Shown here one piece after another: positions 23,440 to 36,859 of a stretch of 40,640 nt of DNA (positions are counted from its first letter, which is position 1; the number at the start of each line of letters is the position of its first letter). The notes below the pieces were generated by a model. That model searched no databases and had not been told where the DNA came from. It saw only the letters and a list, made by a program, of their open reading frames with translations. The position numbers were made by a program, and so were the translations under genes. This DNA comes from Octopus bimaculoides. Taxonomy: Eukaryota. The DNA is taken from the NCBI RefSeq assembly GCF_001194135.2, contig NC_068987.1, positions 46,311,323 through 46,351,962 of the forward strand, read 5' to 3'.

Positions 23440-24500
23440 GAAAAACAAATAAATGTTTAGTAAGGAAAGATGAGTTGCTATTCGCGTTGAAGCCTAAAGT
23501 ACAGGGAATCACTGTGCAAGTCTACACTGAGCATGGAGGGAGACTGGATGAAGCGATCTATGGCGTGTAACGGGAGATTAAACAATATCCGAGACAGATG
23601 TTCTGAAATTTTCCAGCAAAGCTATCAAACAACATCTATCTGATATATGTGAACTTGCAAATAGGGTATTTTAAGCGGTAGATAAGATTGTTATATGTCA
23701 TGTAGGAAAATGCTGACCAAGTCCGGTAAGGGGGTGTGTTGGAGAGGTAAGAACAAGTGTAGCAGCAGGGTGAGAAAGAAGGTAAGATCTAGATTGAATG
23801 AAGTGAATAGTGAAGGAGCTACAAACGAATAAATCACATAGATTGCAGGGAAATTTAGGATGGGTTAGAGAATATCTGGGATGCGATAGTTAGGATTGGA
23901 TTATTTAGAATGTACCTAGGGAGTATATACTGAATGGAGGGCGGTTGATGAGAGAGAGAGCACAAAAGGTAGTTGTGGGTGGGGTGGACGTAAGGGAGAG
24001 GGCGGAGATGTGGTCAACTTCACGAACGCGGAGAGAATACTTTTAACCAGGGTGGGTGGAGGCATCTATGTCGAGTGAAGCGTGAGACTGTGTACTGAGG
24101 TTGTTTCAAAATCATGCTCAATTCTATAGAGGCGGCAGAGGCAGAGAAATAGATTGTAAGAGGATGGAGTGGTATGTGTGCAGTGAGACGAGGAGAAGTC
24201 GAGGTAGAAATGTGAGTTACTGAATTTGTAAAAACGGAAATAAGTATGAGTAATAGGTGGTAAAAAGTATCAGAGACGTTAAGAAAGTTACCGGTAGTAG
24301 TGTCAGAAATATAGGAGAATTGTATTGGGGTTGGAGTGAAACGACTTGAATAAGCAGATAGCAGTGTTTATGTTGTTTGTATCGGAGAGGGATTTTCCAC
24401 CAATACAGTCGTATGGCCACAACATAGCTAACCAACAGGATGACTTAGTTGGGGACGATTCTGGTGTGCATAGCCACTGAGAGAGATGAGTGAGAAAGTA
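23440..24500 (-). mobile_element. Highly decayed Penelope-like element: RT C-terminus to GIY-YIG
   Basis: rc frames give YDCIGG..LFKSFH (YxDD region remnant), YKFSNSHFYLDFSSSH, NLIYRLKYPICKFTYI and FRLQRE*QLIF. Confidence 0.7.
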
Positions 24501-24691
24501 TGTGTGGGGGGAGAGACAGAGAGCGAGAGAGGGAGACAGACAGACAGAGAGAAACAGATTAACGACTGAAAGAAGGAAAAAAAATTTTGACGAAACAAAT
24601 ATATAACATTTCTGCACCTCACACTAAAACACTAATTCTACTACGACTCCATTAAAATCTTCAATGTCTTTATGCCACTTCTTGAATCATC

Positions 24692-24751
<60 letters not shown>

Positions 24752-25444
24752 NNNNNNNNNNNNNNNNNNNNNNNNNNNNNNNNNNNNNNNNNNNNNNNNN
24801 NNNNNNNNNNNNNNNNNNNNNNNNNNNNNNNNNNNNNNNNNNNNNNNNNNNNNNNNNNNNNNNNNNNNNNNNNNNNNNNNNNNNNNNNNNNNNNNNNNNN
24901 NNNNNNNNNNNNNNNNNNNNNNNNNNNNNNNNNNNNNNNNNNNNNNNNNNNNNNNNNNNNNNNNNNNNNNNNNNNNNNNNNNNNNNNNNNNNNNNNNNNN
25001 NNNNNNNNNNNNNNNNNNNNNNNNNNNNNNNNNNNNNNNNNNNNNNNNNNNNNNNNNNNNNNNNNNNNNNNNNNNNNNNNNNNNNNNNNNNNNNNNNNNN
25101 NNNNNNNNNNNNNNNNNNNNNNNNNNNNNNNNNNNNNNNNNNNNNNNNNNNNNNNNNNNNNNNNNNNNNNNNNNNNNNNNNNNNNNNNNNNNNNNNNNNN
25201 NNNNNNNNNNNNNNNNNNNNNNNNNNNNNNNNNNNNNNNNNNNNNNNNNNNNNNNNNNNNNNNNNNNNNNNNNNNNNNNNNNNNNNNNNNNNNNNNNNNN
25301 NNNNNNNNNNNNNNNNNNNNNNNNNNNNNNNNNNNNNNNNNNNNNNNNNNNNNNNNNNNNNNNNNNNNNNNNNNNNNNNNNNNNNNNNNNNNNNNNNNNN
25401 NNNNNNNNNNNNNNNNNNNNNNNNNNNNNNNNNNNNNNNNNNNN

Positions 25445-25469
<25 letters not shown>

Positions 25470-25476
<7 letters not shown>

Positions 25477-28448
25477 CCACGCTAATAGCTTAGGTGTGAA
25501 ATTTAGGATTTCTCAGTTTTCTGTGAATCGATTTTGATAAAACTTTTCCCAACTGGTTTGCACACTATGACAACACTATTGTTATGTCTTCATTATTCTG
25601 TGTAGAATCCTTACACTTTTTTATTTCAGATTCTTTAGTTTTGGGGTGAACCACGCTAATAGCTTTTGAATGAAAATAGCCCATCTAGACATTTTTTTTT
25701 TTTTTTTCAGAAAATTAAGGGTAATGATGCATATTAAGCATACATGAGTATATATTTAACAGAAAACCACAATAACTTCAAAAGCCCTATTAGTCATGGA
25801 ATCTGTCAGTTTCTTAATAGTAGCAGGCTGGACAGCCTACAGCTTTGACGGTCGCCCATAAGACATTTTCGATGTAAATTAGCGTTCATCGGCATAAACA
25901 TCTTGTTTAATGATGGTCCAAAGATCTTCGATAGGGTTGAGATCCGGAGATGCTAGTGACCACACCATCAACCTTTCACCTTGTATGCCGCAAGACCTTA
26001 GGAATGTTGGGTGGTCCTAGCAGAGTGGGGGGAGCGTTGTCATGCATGAATACGAGATTCTTTAGAAGTGACAGCAGTGTGTCGTCTAGCCAGGGATCCA
26101 AGACCTCCTTCAGGAGATTGCAGTAGGTGGCTGCAGCCACCCTGACTGGATCAACAAGTCTGTCTCCAACGATACCAGTCCACAACATAACTCTTCCACC
26201 CTGATGTTGACGTCGTAAACGTTAGTGACGCTCATCTCCAAATTAGACTCAACCATTTGCCCAACCGTCAGGTTCGCCAAGGGTCGCCCTGGTTTCGTCA
26301 GTGAACAGAACACAACTCATGTATGACGTCATGTACTTTTGGGCCCATTGAAGCCTCAAACTCCTGTGAGGAGGCAGTTTCATGGGTTTTCGCACAGAAA
26401 CCATTGTTCCAAGGATGCGATTTCTGGTGGTTTTCGGTACATGAGGAAGTCCGGAGGCTGTGAAAATGATTTTGCTTGTTTGTCCAGGTTTCTCACGTAA
26501 CTTTCGGCCAATATTCCTTAAATCCCTAGCTGCCACAGTCTTGGCGGTCCCACAATCGGATCGTTTCTTCCTTGGCACTGATATGGCTAAATAATTCATT
26601 ATGTTAACAAATGTTATAATATTATTATGATTTCTGTTAAATATATACTCAATGTCTGCTTAATATGCATCATTACACTTCATTTTCTGAAAAGAAAATG
26701 TCTAGATAGGCTATTTTCATTCAAAAGATATTAGCGGGGTTCACCCCAAAACTGAAGAATCTGAAATAAAAAAGAAAGGACGTTACACAGAATAATGAAA
26801 ATATAACAATAATGTTGCCATACACTACGTCCCACATTACTATGCAAATAAACCTTCTCTCAATAGATAATGGTATATCCGTTCAAAACCAGTTGTTTTC
26901 CCACTGACTGTTGCAAACACCTATCTGCGCACATTCTGTTAAAATAGATCAGATCTTCGCAGACGCCAACAAATGGCGGCCATTTTTGTGATTGGGCAAC
27001 ATTTTCACCATCATAAATTATTAGGCAAGTATAATAAAAATGGTAATTTATTTTATTCAACAGTAAAGGTTTAACAAAAAAATTATTCATAAAGCACTTA
27101 ATCGTAAACATAATTGTACGTTGGAATGAAAATAATCATGGGATTATGATGTCATACAGCTCCTAATGTTTGATTTATGATCCTCCAGATGCAATAAACT
27201 TCCTTACGCGCTGATCCATTGAATTTGTCGACGTGATGATATACTCTTGTGTCATGCTTTGAGCAGCATCTACAATAGCATCCCAGAGGGCAACTCTACT
27301 TGAAAACTGCCGTCAATCTTGGTAAACGCACCTCTTCAGCTCACTGCATAGGTACTCGATCGGATTAAGTCAAGGGAACAAGGTGGCCACTCCATCAAAC
27401 GACCTCCAGGTATTCCTTAGAATTCCTCGTTGCATGAGATGGGGCATTATCTCGCATGAAGACTACCTTTCCCTTGAATGAAAGATTTTGCTTTTTGAAC
27501 CACGGCTGGAAATTGTCCTTTAAGAAGGTAGCATATGTTTTCGATGTTATCTAGGACTTTTCATGGCCTGACCATCATACCACAAACGATGCCAGCCCAA
27601 AACATGACCCCACCTCTCCCCTATTCGCGCCTCAAACTTTGAGGATGGCTCCATCTGATTGATACCCAAACTTTACTCCAGCCATTTGGTCCGTCAAGGG
27701 TAGCACGACATTCGTCACTGAACAGAACTGTTGATTAATCTATCTTCATGTATTTTTCTGCCCGTTTCAGTCTCTTCTGTCTTATAAACAGCCTTCATAG
27801 AAGGCCTTGTTACAGGTTTAACATTCCTGGCTACTTGCTTCAAGAGATGACACCTGGTAGTTTTCGATACATCTTCCCTGCCACAACATTTGAAGACTTC
27901 TCTACTTGTCAGACATGGGTTCCACACAACTTCCCTTTTCACAAGTTACTAAGTACGATTCAAAGCAACCCTTGACTTACCTACATCTGCCGTCGACCGG
28001 ACGGAAACAGGAGACTCCACAAATTTCTTCACTGTATTTTCTACGGTTGTTTTTCCTTTTCCAAGCTCTGACACGATGGTGCACTTCTAATTCGAGGTAA
28101 GATCACGTTTCTGACCCATAATGACACTTAAATTGGGCGCCTGCCTAATAGTTTGGAACAGTAAAAATTTTGCTGCTACACGATAATGGCCGCCGTTTCT
28201 TTTCATCTGTGCAGAATGTACGCAAATAGGTGTTGCCAACAGTTAATGAAAAAACAACCGGTTTTGAACAAATACACATTTATTTATAGATTGATTTTAT
28301 TTATTGATTTTATTTACAAGTTGATTTGCCTAATAATGTGGGACGCTGTGTAGTGTGCAAACCAGCTAGGAAAAATTTTATCAAAATCGATTCGCAGAAA
28401 ACCCAGAAATCCTAAATTTCACTCCTAAGCTGTTAGCGTGGTTATGGG
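25470..28448 (-). mobile_element. Tc1-like transposon 1 (DD34E type) with ~300 bp IR/DR ends; right TIR interrupted by Tc1 2
   Basis: 25472-25770 is inverted to 26600-26820 plus 28351-28448. Internal DR GAACCACGCTAATAGCTT at 25474 and 25649. Transposase (26599-25770) has FTDETRATL, HDNAP and SPDLNPIE, and lacks the N-terminus. Confidence 0.88.
26823..28350 (-). mobile_element. Tc1-like transposon 2 inserted at a TA in the TIR of Tc1 1
   Basis: TA|CACTACGTCCCACATT ... AATGTGGGACGCTGTG|TA, long IRs (26830-27000 vs 28170-28345). Transposase from MGQKRDLT (ATG 28119) has FSDECRATLDGP, GGVMFWAGI and DNAPSH, with stops and frameshifts. Confidence 0.88.
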
Positions 28449-28465
28449 TATATATATTTTATTTT

Positions 28466-29033
28466 ATTTCTTTCAGTCATCTGACTGCGGCCATGCCGGA
28501 ACACCACCTCTAGTCGAACAAATCGACCCCAGAACATATTCTTTGTAAGCCTAGTACTTATCGTATCGGTCTATTTTGCTGAACCGCCAAGCGATGGGAG
28601 GCGGACAAACACAGACACATAAAAACATATAAACACACACAAACACACACACNNNNNNNNNNNNNNNNNNNNNNNNNNNNNNNNNNNNNNNNNNNNNNNN
28701 NNNNNNNNNNNNNNNNNNNNNNNNNNNNNNNNNNNNNNNNNNNNNNNNNNNNNNNNNNNNNNNNNNNNNNNNNNNNNNNNNNNNNNNNNNNNNNNNNNNN
28801 NNNNNNNNNNNNNNNNNNNNNNNNNNNNNNNNNNNNNNNNNNNNNNNNNNNNNNNNNNNNNNNNNNNNNNATATATATATATACAACGGGCTTCTTTCAG
28901 TGTCCGTCTACCAAATCCACTCACAAGGCTTTGGTCGACCCGAGGCTATAGTAGAAGACACTTGCCCAAAGCGTCACGCAGTGGGACTGAACCCAGAACG
29001 ATGTGGTTGAGAAGCAAGCTTCTAACTACACCA
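28466..29033 (-). mobile_element. Family-1 SINE spanning an assembly gap
   Basis: Both ends are reverse-complement matches to 3131-3545. Confidence 0.8.
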
Positions 29034-31210
29034 TATATATATATATATATGCATACATGCGCCAACGTGTGTGCGCCAACGTGTGCGTATGTTTGTGCGT
29101 GTATGCTTATTATTGGAAAACGGGCATAGCTTAAATAAAAGTGAATTTTAGGAAAATGATATAATGGGTACCAGTCGGATATTGGGATCGATATGATCAG
29201 ATCAGCATCTTGGAAGTGGTATTCTTGCATGGGTGCAATCCAATAACAGAGACAGAAATACGAGAAATTAAAGATAAACGCTTATGTCCGCACACGCAAA
29301 TATCGAGTGCACGCGCAGACACACACACACATACATACACACACACACACACATTTACAAACATAGTTGCATATATATTGTATATCTATGCGTGTGTGTT
29401 TTATATATGCATGCATGTGCGTGTCTCTCTTTGACATGAAGCAAGCTGTAGCTAAGTAGAGTACTCACGTAATTCTTACATAATTGTTATGGAGATGTTG
29501 GATAGGATAAGTCGGCGTGTGTCTATATAACCATATATATTTTCGTTTGGTCAGTTTTTTCTTTATTTCCCTTGTTAATACACCCACATATTTCTAAATA
29601 AATTTCTATGTATGCATGTATACATACGCATGCGCATACACATGTAAATATAAACATTAAGTTTATATATATATATATATATATATGCGTGTATGTATAA
29701 ATATCTAAACAGTACATATATGTAAAAATGAATACATATATGTGTGGACGTATTGATATAGATATTTATTTTTACAAATTTGTATTGTTGATATATATAT
29801 ATATATANNNNNNNNNNNNNNNNNNNNNNNNNNNNNNNNNNNNNNNNNNNNNNNNNNNNNNNNNNNNNNNNNNNNNNNNNNNNNNNNNNNNNNNNNNNNN
29901 NNNNNNNNNNNNNNNNNNNNNNNNNNNNNNNNNNNNNNNNNNNNNNNNNNNNNNNNNNNNNNNNNNNNNNNNNNNNNNNNNNNNNNNNNNNNNNNNNNNN
30001 NNNNNNNNNNNNNNNNNNNNNNNNNNNNNNNNNNNNNNNNNNNNNNNNNNNNNNNNNNNNNNNNNNNNNNNNNNNNNNNNNNNNNNNNNNNNNNNNNNNN
30101 NNNNNNNNNNNNNNNNNNNNNNNNNNNNNNNNNNNNNNNNNNNNNNNNNNNNNNNNNNNNNNNNNNNNNNNNNNNNNNNNNNNNNNNNNNNNNNNNNNNN
30201 NNNNNNNNNNNNNNNNNNNNNNNNNNNNNNNNNNNNNNNNNNNNNNNNNNNNNNNNNNNNNNNNNNNNNNNNNNNNNNNNTATTGTTCATCCGATCGCGC
30301 TGAAATTTTAAACATGGATACATGAGAGAGCGGGGCGTTCCGTAATCTAAAAAGATTTTCAAAATTGTTTGTTCAAAGTGAGAATCGCTATTTTTGTAAG
30401 CATTATGTCCTGTTTGCTCCGCCATTAAAACAACCAGTTGCTCAGACAGCCGGCACAGACTATTTCGCTAGCAACAAGGGGAGTACAGGATGACGGTCAG
30501 CCAAAACCGTTGCTATGCTGTCTATCTTCTTTCCTCTCTGTGGGGTTAATAATCTTAATCTTTTGTTACAGTTTCTCATTCAAACTACATAATAGGCAGA
30601 ATTGTCGGATTAAGACAGTCGGGTGTTTTGAGGGAGATTTGGTTGCTATTCCTACCAGGTCTACCTACCATATAGAGGTCCCTCCACTGGCTTCTACATA
30701 CATATGTATATATAATATAAATAAAATACTTAAAGCAACAGGCGTGAAATACAAAAGCCAAGGTCCATGCAGTGTCATGGGCTAAAACTTTTTCAGCTTC
30801 TTGCCTAATGCGAGCCCAGAGCAATCCGTTATCTCTTATACTATTTCAGTATTGTTATGTGAGATACTGTCCTATATATTATATATTTCTTATGCTTTCC
30901 AAAATCGAGTTACAGATTTTGACGCATGGAGTATCAAACAATTCAGTACTATTTTGGCTACAAATTAAACGTAATTTCCATTCACATATTTGCATTTCAA
31001 AAATTTAACATAATCTTTTCCATAAATCAACTATCGTATAAGTTTCATACGATGACGTCACATTTTCTATATGTGTGTGTACCTTAAAAGACATCAATCA
31101 TCACGACACACACCTTCACTCACTCACTGTATCTCTCTTTCTCACCCTCTTTCTCTCCCACATACACACGCGCAAGCACACACGCACGCACACACACACG
31201 CACACACACA

Positions 31211-31246
<36 letters not shown>

Positions 31247-32509
31247 NNNNNNNNNNNNNNNNNNNNNNNNNNNNNNNNNNNNNNNNNNNNNNNNNNNNNN
31301 NNNNNNNNNNNNNNNNNNNNNNNNNNNNNNNNNNNNNNNNNNNNNNNNNNNNNNNNNNNNNNNNNNNNNNNNNNNNNNNNNNNNNNNNNNNNNNNNNNNN
31401 NNNNNNNNNNNNNNNNNNNNNNNNNNNNNNNNNNNNNNNNNNNNNNNNNNNNNNNNNNNNNNNNNNNNNNNNNNNNNNNNNNNNNNNNNNNNNNNNNNNN
31501 NNNNNNNNNNNNNNNNNNNNNNNNNNNNNNNNNNNNNNNNNNNNNNNNNNNNNNNNNNNNNNNNNNNNNNNNNNNNNNNNNNNNNNNNNNNNNNNNNNNN
31601 NNNNNNNNNNNNNNNNNNNNNNNNNNNNNNNNNNNNNNNNNNNNNNNNNNNNNNNNNNNNNNNNNNNNNNNNNNNNNNNNNNNNNNNNNNNNNNNNNNNN
31701 NNNNNNNNNNNNNNNNNNNNNNNNNNNNNNNNNNNNNNNNNNNNNNNNNNNNNNNNNNNNNNNNNNNNNNNNNNNNNNNNNNNNNNNNNNNNNNNNNNNN
31801 NNNNNNNNNNNNNNNNNNNNNNNNNNNNNNNNNNNNNNNNNNNNNNNNNNNNNNNNNNNNNNNNNNNNNNNNNNNNNNNNNNNNNNNNNNNNNNNNNNNN
31901 NNNNNNNNNNNNNNNNNNNNNNNNNNNNNNNNNNNNNNNNNNNNNNNNNNNNNNNNNNNNNNNNNNNNNNNNNNNNNNNNNNNNNNNNNNNNNNNNNNNN
32001 NNNNNNNNNNNNNNNNNNNNNNNNNATATATATAGTTAAGCTCATAATTACCGAGATTACTGTTGCTGTTATTGGTAATTATAATATTAAAGGCATCATA
32101 TTCATTAGTATCGTATTATCGTAAGTTATTGCGTACAAACTTTTACTTTCTACGTAGATACACCTGCTCTTTCCCCTACTCCCCTCTCTCCCTCTTGAGT
32201 TTCACTTTCGTTTTCTCTATTATGTCCTATTCTTTCTCAGTCCAGGTGTCGACTGATGGAACAGTATCTAGTTTCTACTCAGCTCAGCTTGGCAAACGGA
32301 TCTGTTCTGAAGGATGTTTGTCTCGTCTTAAATCCTATTATTTCTTTCATTTAACTCTCCTTCTCTGTTTTTCCTCAACCTGTTCCTCTATACATAGGTT
32401 TTCTCTTATAGGTTCCACTGGGTGTGACGATAATATATGGTGGTTCGTGATTATATCATATCATATCATTAACTCTTTATCCTGAAGCTGGAATGAGAAG
32501 GTTCACATA

Positions 32510-32725
32510 CAATAATTACTGGTCTCAGTCATTATTTAGCAGAATTGATTAACGTGCAGTTTTGTTCCAGTTCTTTACATTCTGAATTCAAATTTCACAG
32601 AGGTAAACTTTACCTTTCATCTTTTGTAGTCGATAAAATAACGTACCAGTCAAGAATTGGAGGTTGACGGTATCGACTAAGTTCCTTCCGTCAAAACAGC
32701 TAGCCTTGTGCCTAAATCAGAAACC
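32510..32725 (+). mobile_element. Family-4 SINE fragment
   Basis: Core similar to 16473-16615. Confidence 0.55.
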
Positions 32726-33628
32726 TACAAACTTTTACTATCGTCGAGAGTATCCCTCTTTCACGCTAACACATCTCGTTTTTCCTCTCTCACTGTGAAG
32801 AACCATTTGCTCCCTGTTGATCACATCCTGGAAAGAACGTTCGGCAAGTATTAGTACAGAATCCGCACTGTCTTTTAATATCTATCATGATAAGTAAGAA
32901 AGGTGGCCTTTGCCCTAATATCTCCAAACCGCCAATCACTATAAACACCTCTTCTCCACTACTACAAATCCATACATGCCACACAAATTCGCCAGCCAGC
33001 CATAATCTCAACATTTTCAATCACTGCAACGTGGGCCATTTTTGAGACATTATGGAGAGATGTTGCTTCTCACCAATCGGAACAAAGCGCCAGTTTAATG
33101 TATATTCCTACCTCCTTCTAGCAAACTACACATTTCAAACAAAACCGCTAGTTTACTGCAAGCGTCTCTTTTCCCATCCGAAACTCCTCTTTCTCCTTTC
33201 CTACCAACACTGTGAACACACTCTTTCCTACCAACAGTGAACATTTTTAGCAGTGTTATTCAAAGACATGAATTATCCATTGGCCAGCTTTATTAGAAGA
33301 GCAGTAAATCTAAATGAAATTCTTCTCGTTGGAGACAAGAACTTTACACTTCTCAACAGAGTAGTTACTTCTGATAAAATGCTGCTCGGTAAGACGTTCA
33401 CTCAGTAAGCTGCAGTGAAGGCGATCAGTCTAGGAGAGTGGTAACTTCAAAAATCTACAAGGAGAATACGTAAACTTTAAATGAAAACTAACACAATGAG
33501 GTCAGATCGCTTCAGTCCTGACAGGTAAGCTCTGTATTGTTTGAAGTGCATTAAAATGCATACCGTTCGGGTTGTATTGAAGTTGTTGATAGAAAAAGGT
33601 ACCTCCCAAATAAAAACATGCCAAAATC

Positions 33629-33877
33629 ACGCGTGGTCTGTGGTAAGAAGAGTGCTTCCATCCCACATGGTTCTGGGTTCAGTCTCACAGTGTGGCACTT
33701 TGGACACTTTCTTCTATTGCCTCGGGCCGACCAAAGCCTTGTGAGTGGATTTGGTAGACGGAAACTGAAGGAAACCCATCGTGTATATGTATATATATAC
33801 GTGTGTGCGTGTGTGTGTTTATCCCTCACCACCGCTTGACAACTGGTGTTAGAGTGTTTCTGTCCCCGTAACTTCGG
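33629..33877 (+). mobile_element. Family-1 SINE, 3'-truncated
   Basis: TGTGGTAAGAAG..GGGTTCAGTCTCAC..GGAAACTGAAG matches 3131-3390. Confidence 0.8.
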
Positions 33878-35131
33878 TACTTCGAAAATACATGACAAAT
33901 ATATCTTTATTCCGGTTAACTACTTTAATAGACAAGTTGAGTAACACCATGTTTATTGCAGTGTATATGGAAGTAATGGATATGGTACGAGAAAAGGAAT
34001 CAAGGAACTAGGAATTTTCTGACTCAGATAATCTAATCATGTTCAAAACTATCTTCACAAAACCAGCCACCCATTGATCTGATCACCTACCAGTCAGATG
34101 AACAAGTAAGATATAAAATTATAATCACTGTCGACAAATAATAGCAGTAGGGTATCAACTGCTAAAAGAAAAAAACCGATGCTCAAGAAAGAAGCAACTA
34201 CCGGACGCATCGAATTCACGAGCTAGGTTACGAAAGGGTATGTGTTTTGAGTAACTTATCAGAAAGACAATTAGTCTAAATGAGGATTGTACCTGACGAA
34301 GTATCACCGATGCTTACTTCCTAATGAGACAAATGCCGGAGAAATTTCTTAGCAAAATTTAAACTACTATACCCCGCATTCGTCGACCTGAAGAAATCTG
34401 TGGTAAGATACCACACCCTCCATTCTTGTAGTCGGTAAATAATTTAGAAAATAAATGGCTTGTATAATCCATGCAAACTTTGTACAGCAATACCGTGAGC
34501 AAATTAGCTGTTTACCAGAGTCCTTACTTTTCAGGAGCTGAGCTGAGTTCCCCAGACCAGTGATCATGGCTTCGTACTACGAAGTCAAAGTGTTCGCGAA
34601 TTATTTCTATATCTATATATTTTTGATGAGGAATTGTGAAAAAGACGGTATGTTGATAGGGTTTGTCAGTAAAGTTTGACAAAATTTTTATCAAAATTTT
34701 TGATATCTAAAATATTAACATTACATTTAATATAGCACTTCAGTTTTTCACGAAAATTTTGCTTTGTGGACAATGATGACAGGGCATTTTTGCTCTCTGC
34801 AGAATTTTTCGTAGAAAGAGAAAAAAAAAACAAAAAGAAAATTACTACAGCTGTCATGATAAAATAATGAGACGTGGTTATGTTTACAATATTGATATGC
34901 TCACGAATGAAAAATAAAACAAATATGAAAATAATTTTGTTTTGTTTTAGTTAACTTTCATTATTAATTTACAGCGAATTTTAAATAATCAAATGTTGAG
35001 CTTTAATTATATTAGACTAAAAAATATGGCAAATCATTAATTTTCGTTTATCAAAGAAGTTTCCTTAGAGTTTTAAAGGTATTATTATCCAAACTTTTTG
35101 TAGCCAAAATTTTACATATGTGAATGGGCAT

Positions 35132-35182
<51 letters not shown>

Positions 35183-35374
35183 TCTGTGTGTGTATCTGTA
35201 TGTATGTGTGTGTATACGAATGAGTGGACAAACGAAAGAAGGACATTCAAAAAATTTACCGGGAGTTACATGTATGGATCAAAACAGTTCATATTCGTTG
35301 GTACTCCGAGTTTCAAGCGTAATGCTAATCTTCAGCTATTTTGAAATTGAATGACAGAGGTTGATTGTTAATTA

Positions 35375-36397
35375 CGGCAAGGTGGGCTGCGATTGGTCGA
35401 AGAAGATCACGCAGTGTCGTGGTTTGATGCTGGTATATCAGCGACAACAGTTACTTGGAAAATACCGCATGATGAAAGGGAAATGCATGTTTGTATGTAT
35501 GTACGTATGTATATTAATGTGCGCGCACATCCATGCAGGTGCACATGTGTACCCGCGCGCGAGTGAAAGCATGAGCATACATGCGCATAAGAAGATTTGG
35601 GGATTGGCAATTGGCAGTCTTGCTCATGGCGTTGGTGACGGTGACATTGGTGCAGGCGGTGCAGGGTAGCACCTGGTACTAAGGTTCAGGGTACCAGCTG
35701 ATACTAAGGTGCAAGGTAGCAGCTAGTGCCAAGGTTACTGTCACCAACCAATCCCATGAGCAGCACCACCAATTACCAATCCTCAACGCTTGCCAATCCC
35801 CAACGCTTGTCATGCGCATGTATACTTATACATGGACGCGCACACGCGAGTACACATGTGCACACACATGCATGTGCATGCGTACACTAATATACATACA
35901 TACATACTTACATACATACATTCGTGCATGCATGCATACATACATATATACATATCTACATATAAATGAATACGCATGTATGTGTGTGTGTATGTGTATG
36001 TATATGTATGCATGTGTATGCATGTGTATGCATGTGTGTATACACATATGTGTGTGTATGCGTACGCGTGTGTATTCGCGCGTACACATTCGTTCGTATG
36101 TGTTTGGTGGGGGCGCCCATGTACACATGCCCACGCTCGAATCAATACAGACGTGCATGCAAGACCATATGCGCACGCCCACACGATCACATATACAACT
36201 ATATGCCGCCCCTTCCTACTTCCTCTCCATCAATGCGACTGAATATCTATCCACCACGCGGTCGATTTCCAGTCCACCACGCTGTTGATTTCCTGTTTAC
36301 CATGCGGTTTTTTCCAGGTAACTGTTGTCCTTGATATACTAACATCAAACTACGACACCGTGTCACCTTCCTAGATCACTCGCAGCCCACCTTACGG
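35375..36397. mobile_element. ~1 kb foldback MITE with ~110 bp TIRs and TTA target duplication
   Basis: 35375-35484 is inverted to 36288-36397; TTA at 35372-35374 and 36398-36400; second inner inverted pair 35597-35653 / 35726-35803. Confidence 0.75.
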
Positions 36398-36512
36398 TTA
36401 TAACAATTAACTTCTCTCATTCAAATTCAAAATGGCTGAAGATTAGCATCACACTTGAAACTCGGAGTACTAACGAATTTGAATCAAAGTGTTTTGATCA
36501 ATGTATGTGTAG

Positions 36513-36560
<48 letters not shown>

Positions 36561-36664
36561 AACATACATACATACACGTATATATATATATATATATATA
36601 TACATATATATGTCTATGTATATGTATATATATGTGTGTGTGCGTGTATAGTCTATATATACAA

Positions 36665-36702
<38 letters not shown>

Positions 36703-36859
36703 ACATATATACATATATATAGATATAATAAATTCTCTGGTTGTGAGCGATAAATGAGGGTTCAGTAAAATAAATCATTAATCCTGTTCTTTGGACACGA
36801 ATGCCTCTTTTGATGCCTGCAGGTGCCTTGCAAACCTTTTGGCAAATGGAACAAGTTGA

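Noticed and set aside
29150-29300. Possible exon near a purine/pyrimidine tract
   Set aside because: Plus-strand frames all hit stops; minus-strand splice sites are poor.
30484-30515. CAGGATGACGGTCAGCCAAAACCGTT, hammerhead-like spacing
   Set aside because: Three core positions deviate (no CUGA, no GAAA) and there is no convincing stem I.
32760-33530. Coding-like stretch ending in a strong CAG|GTAAGC donor at ~33525
   Set aside because: No clear acceptor with an open frame and no recognisable protein motif; probably an old repeat relic.
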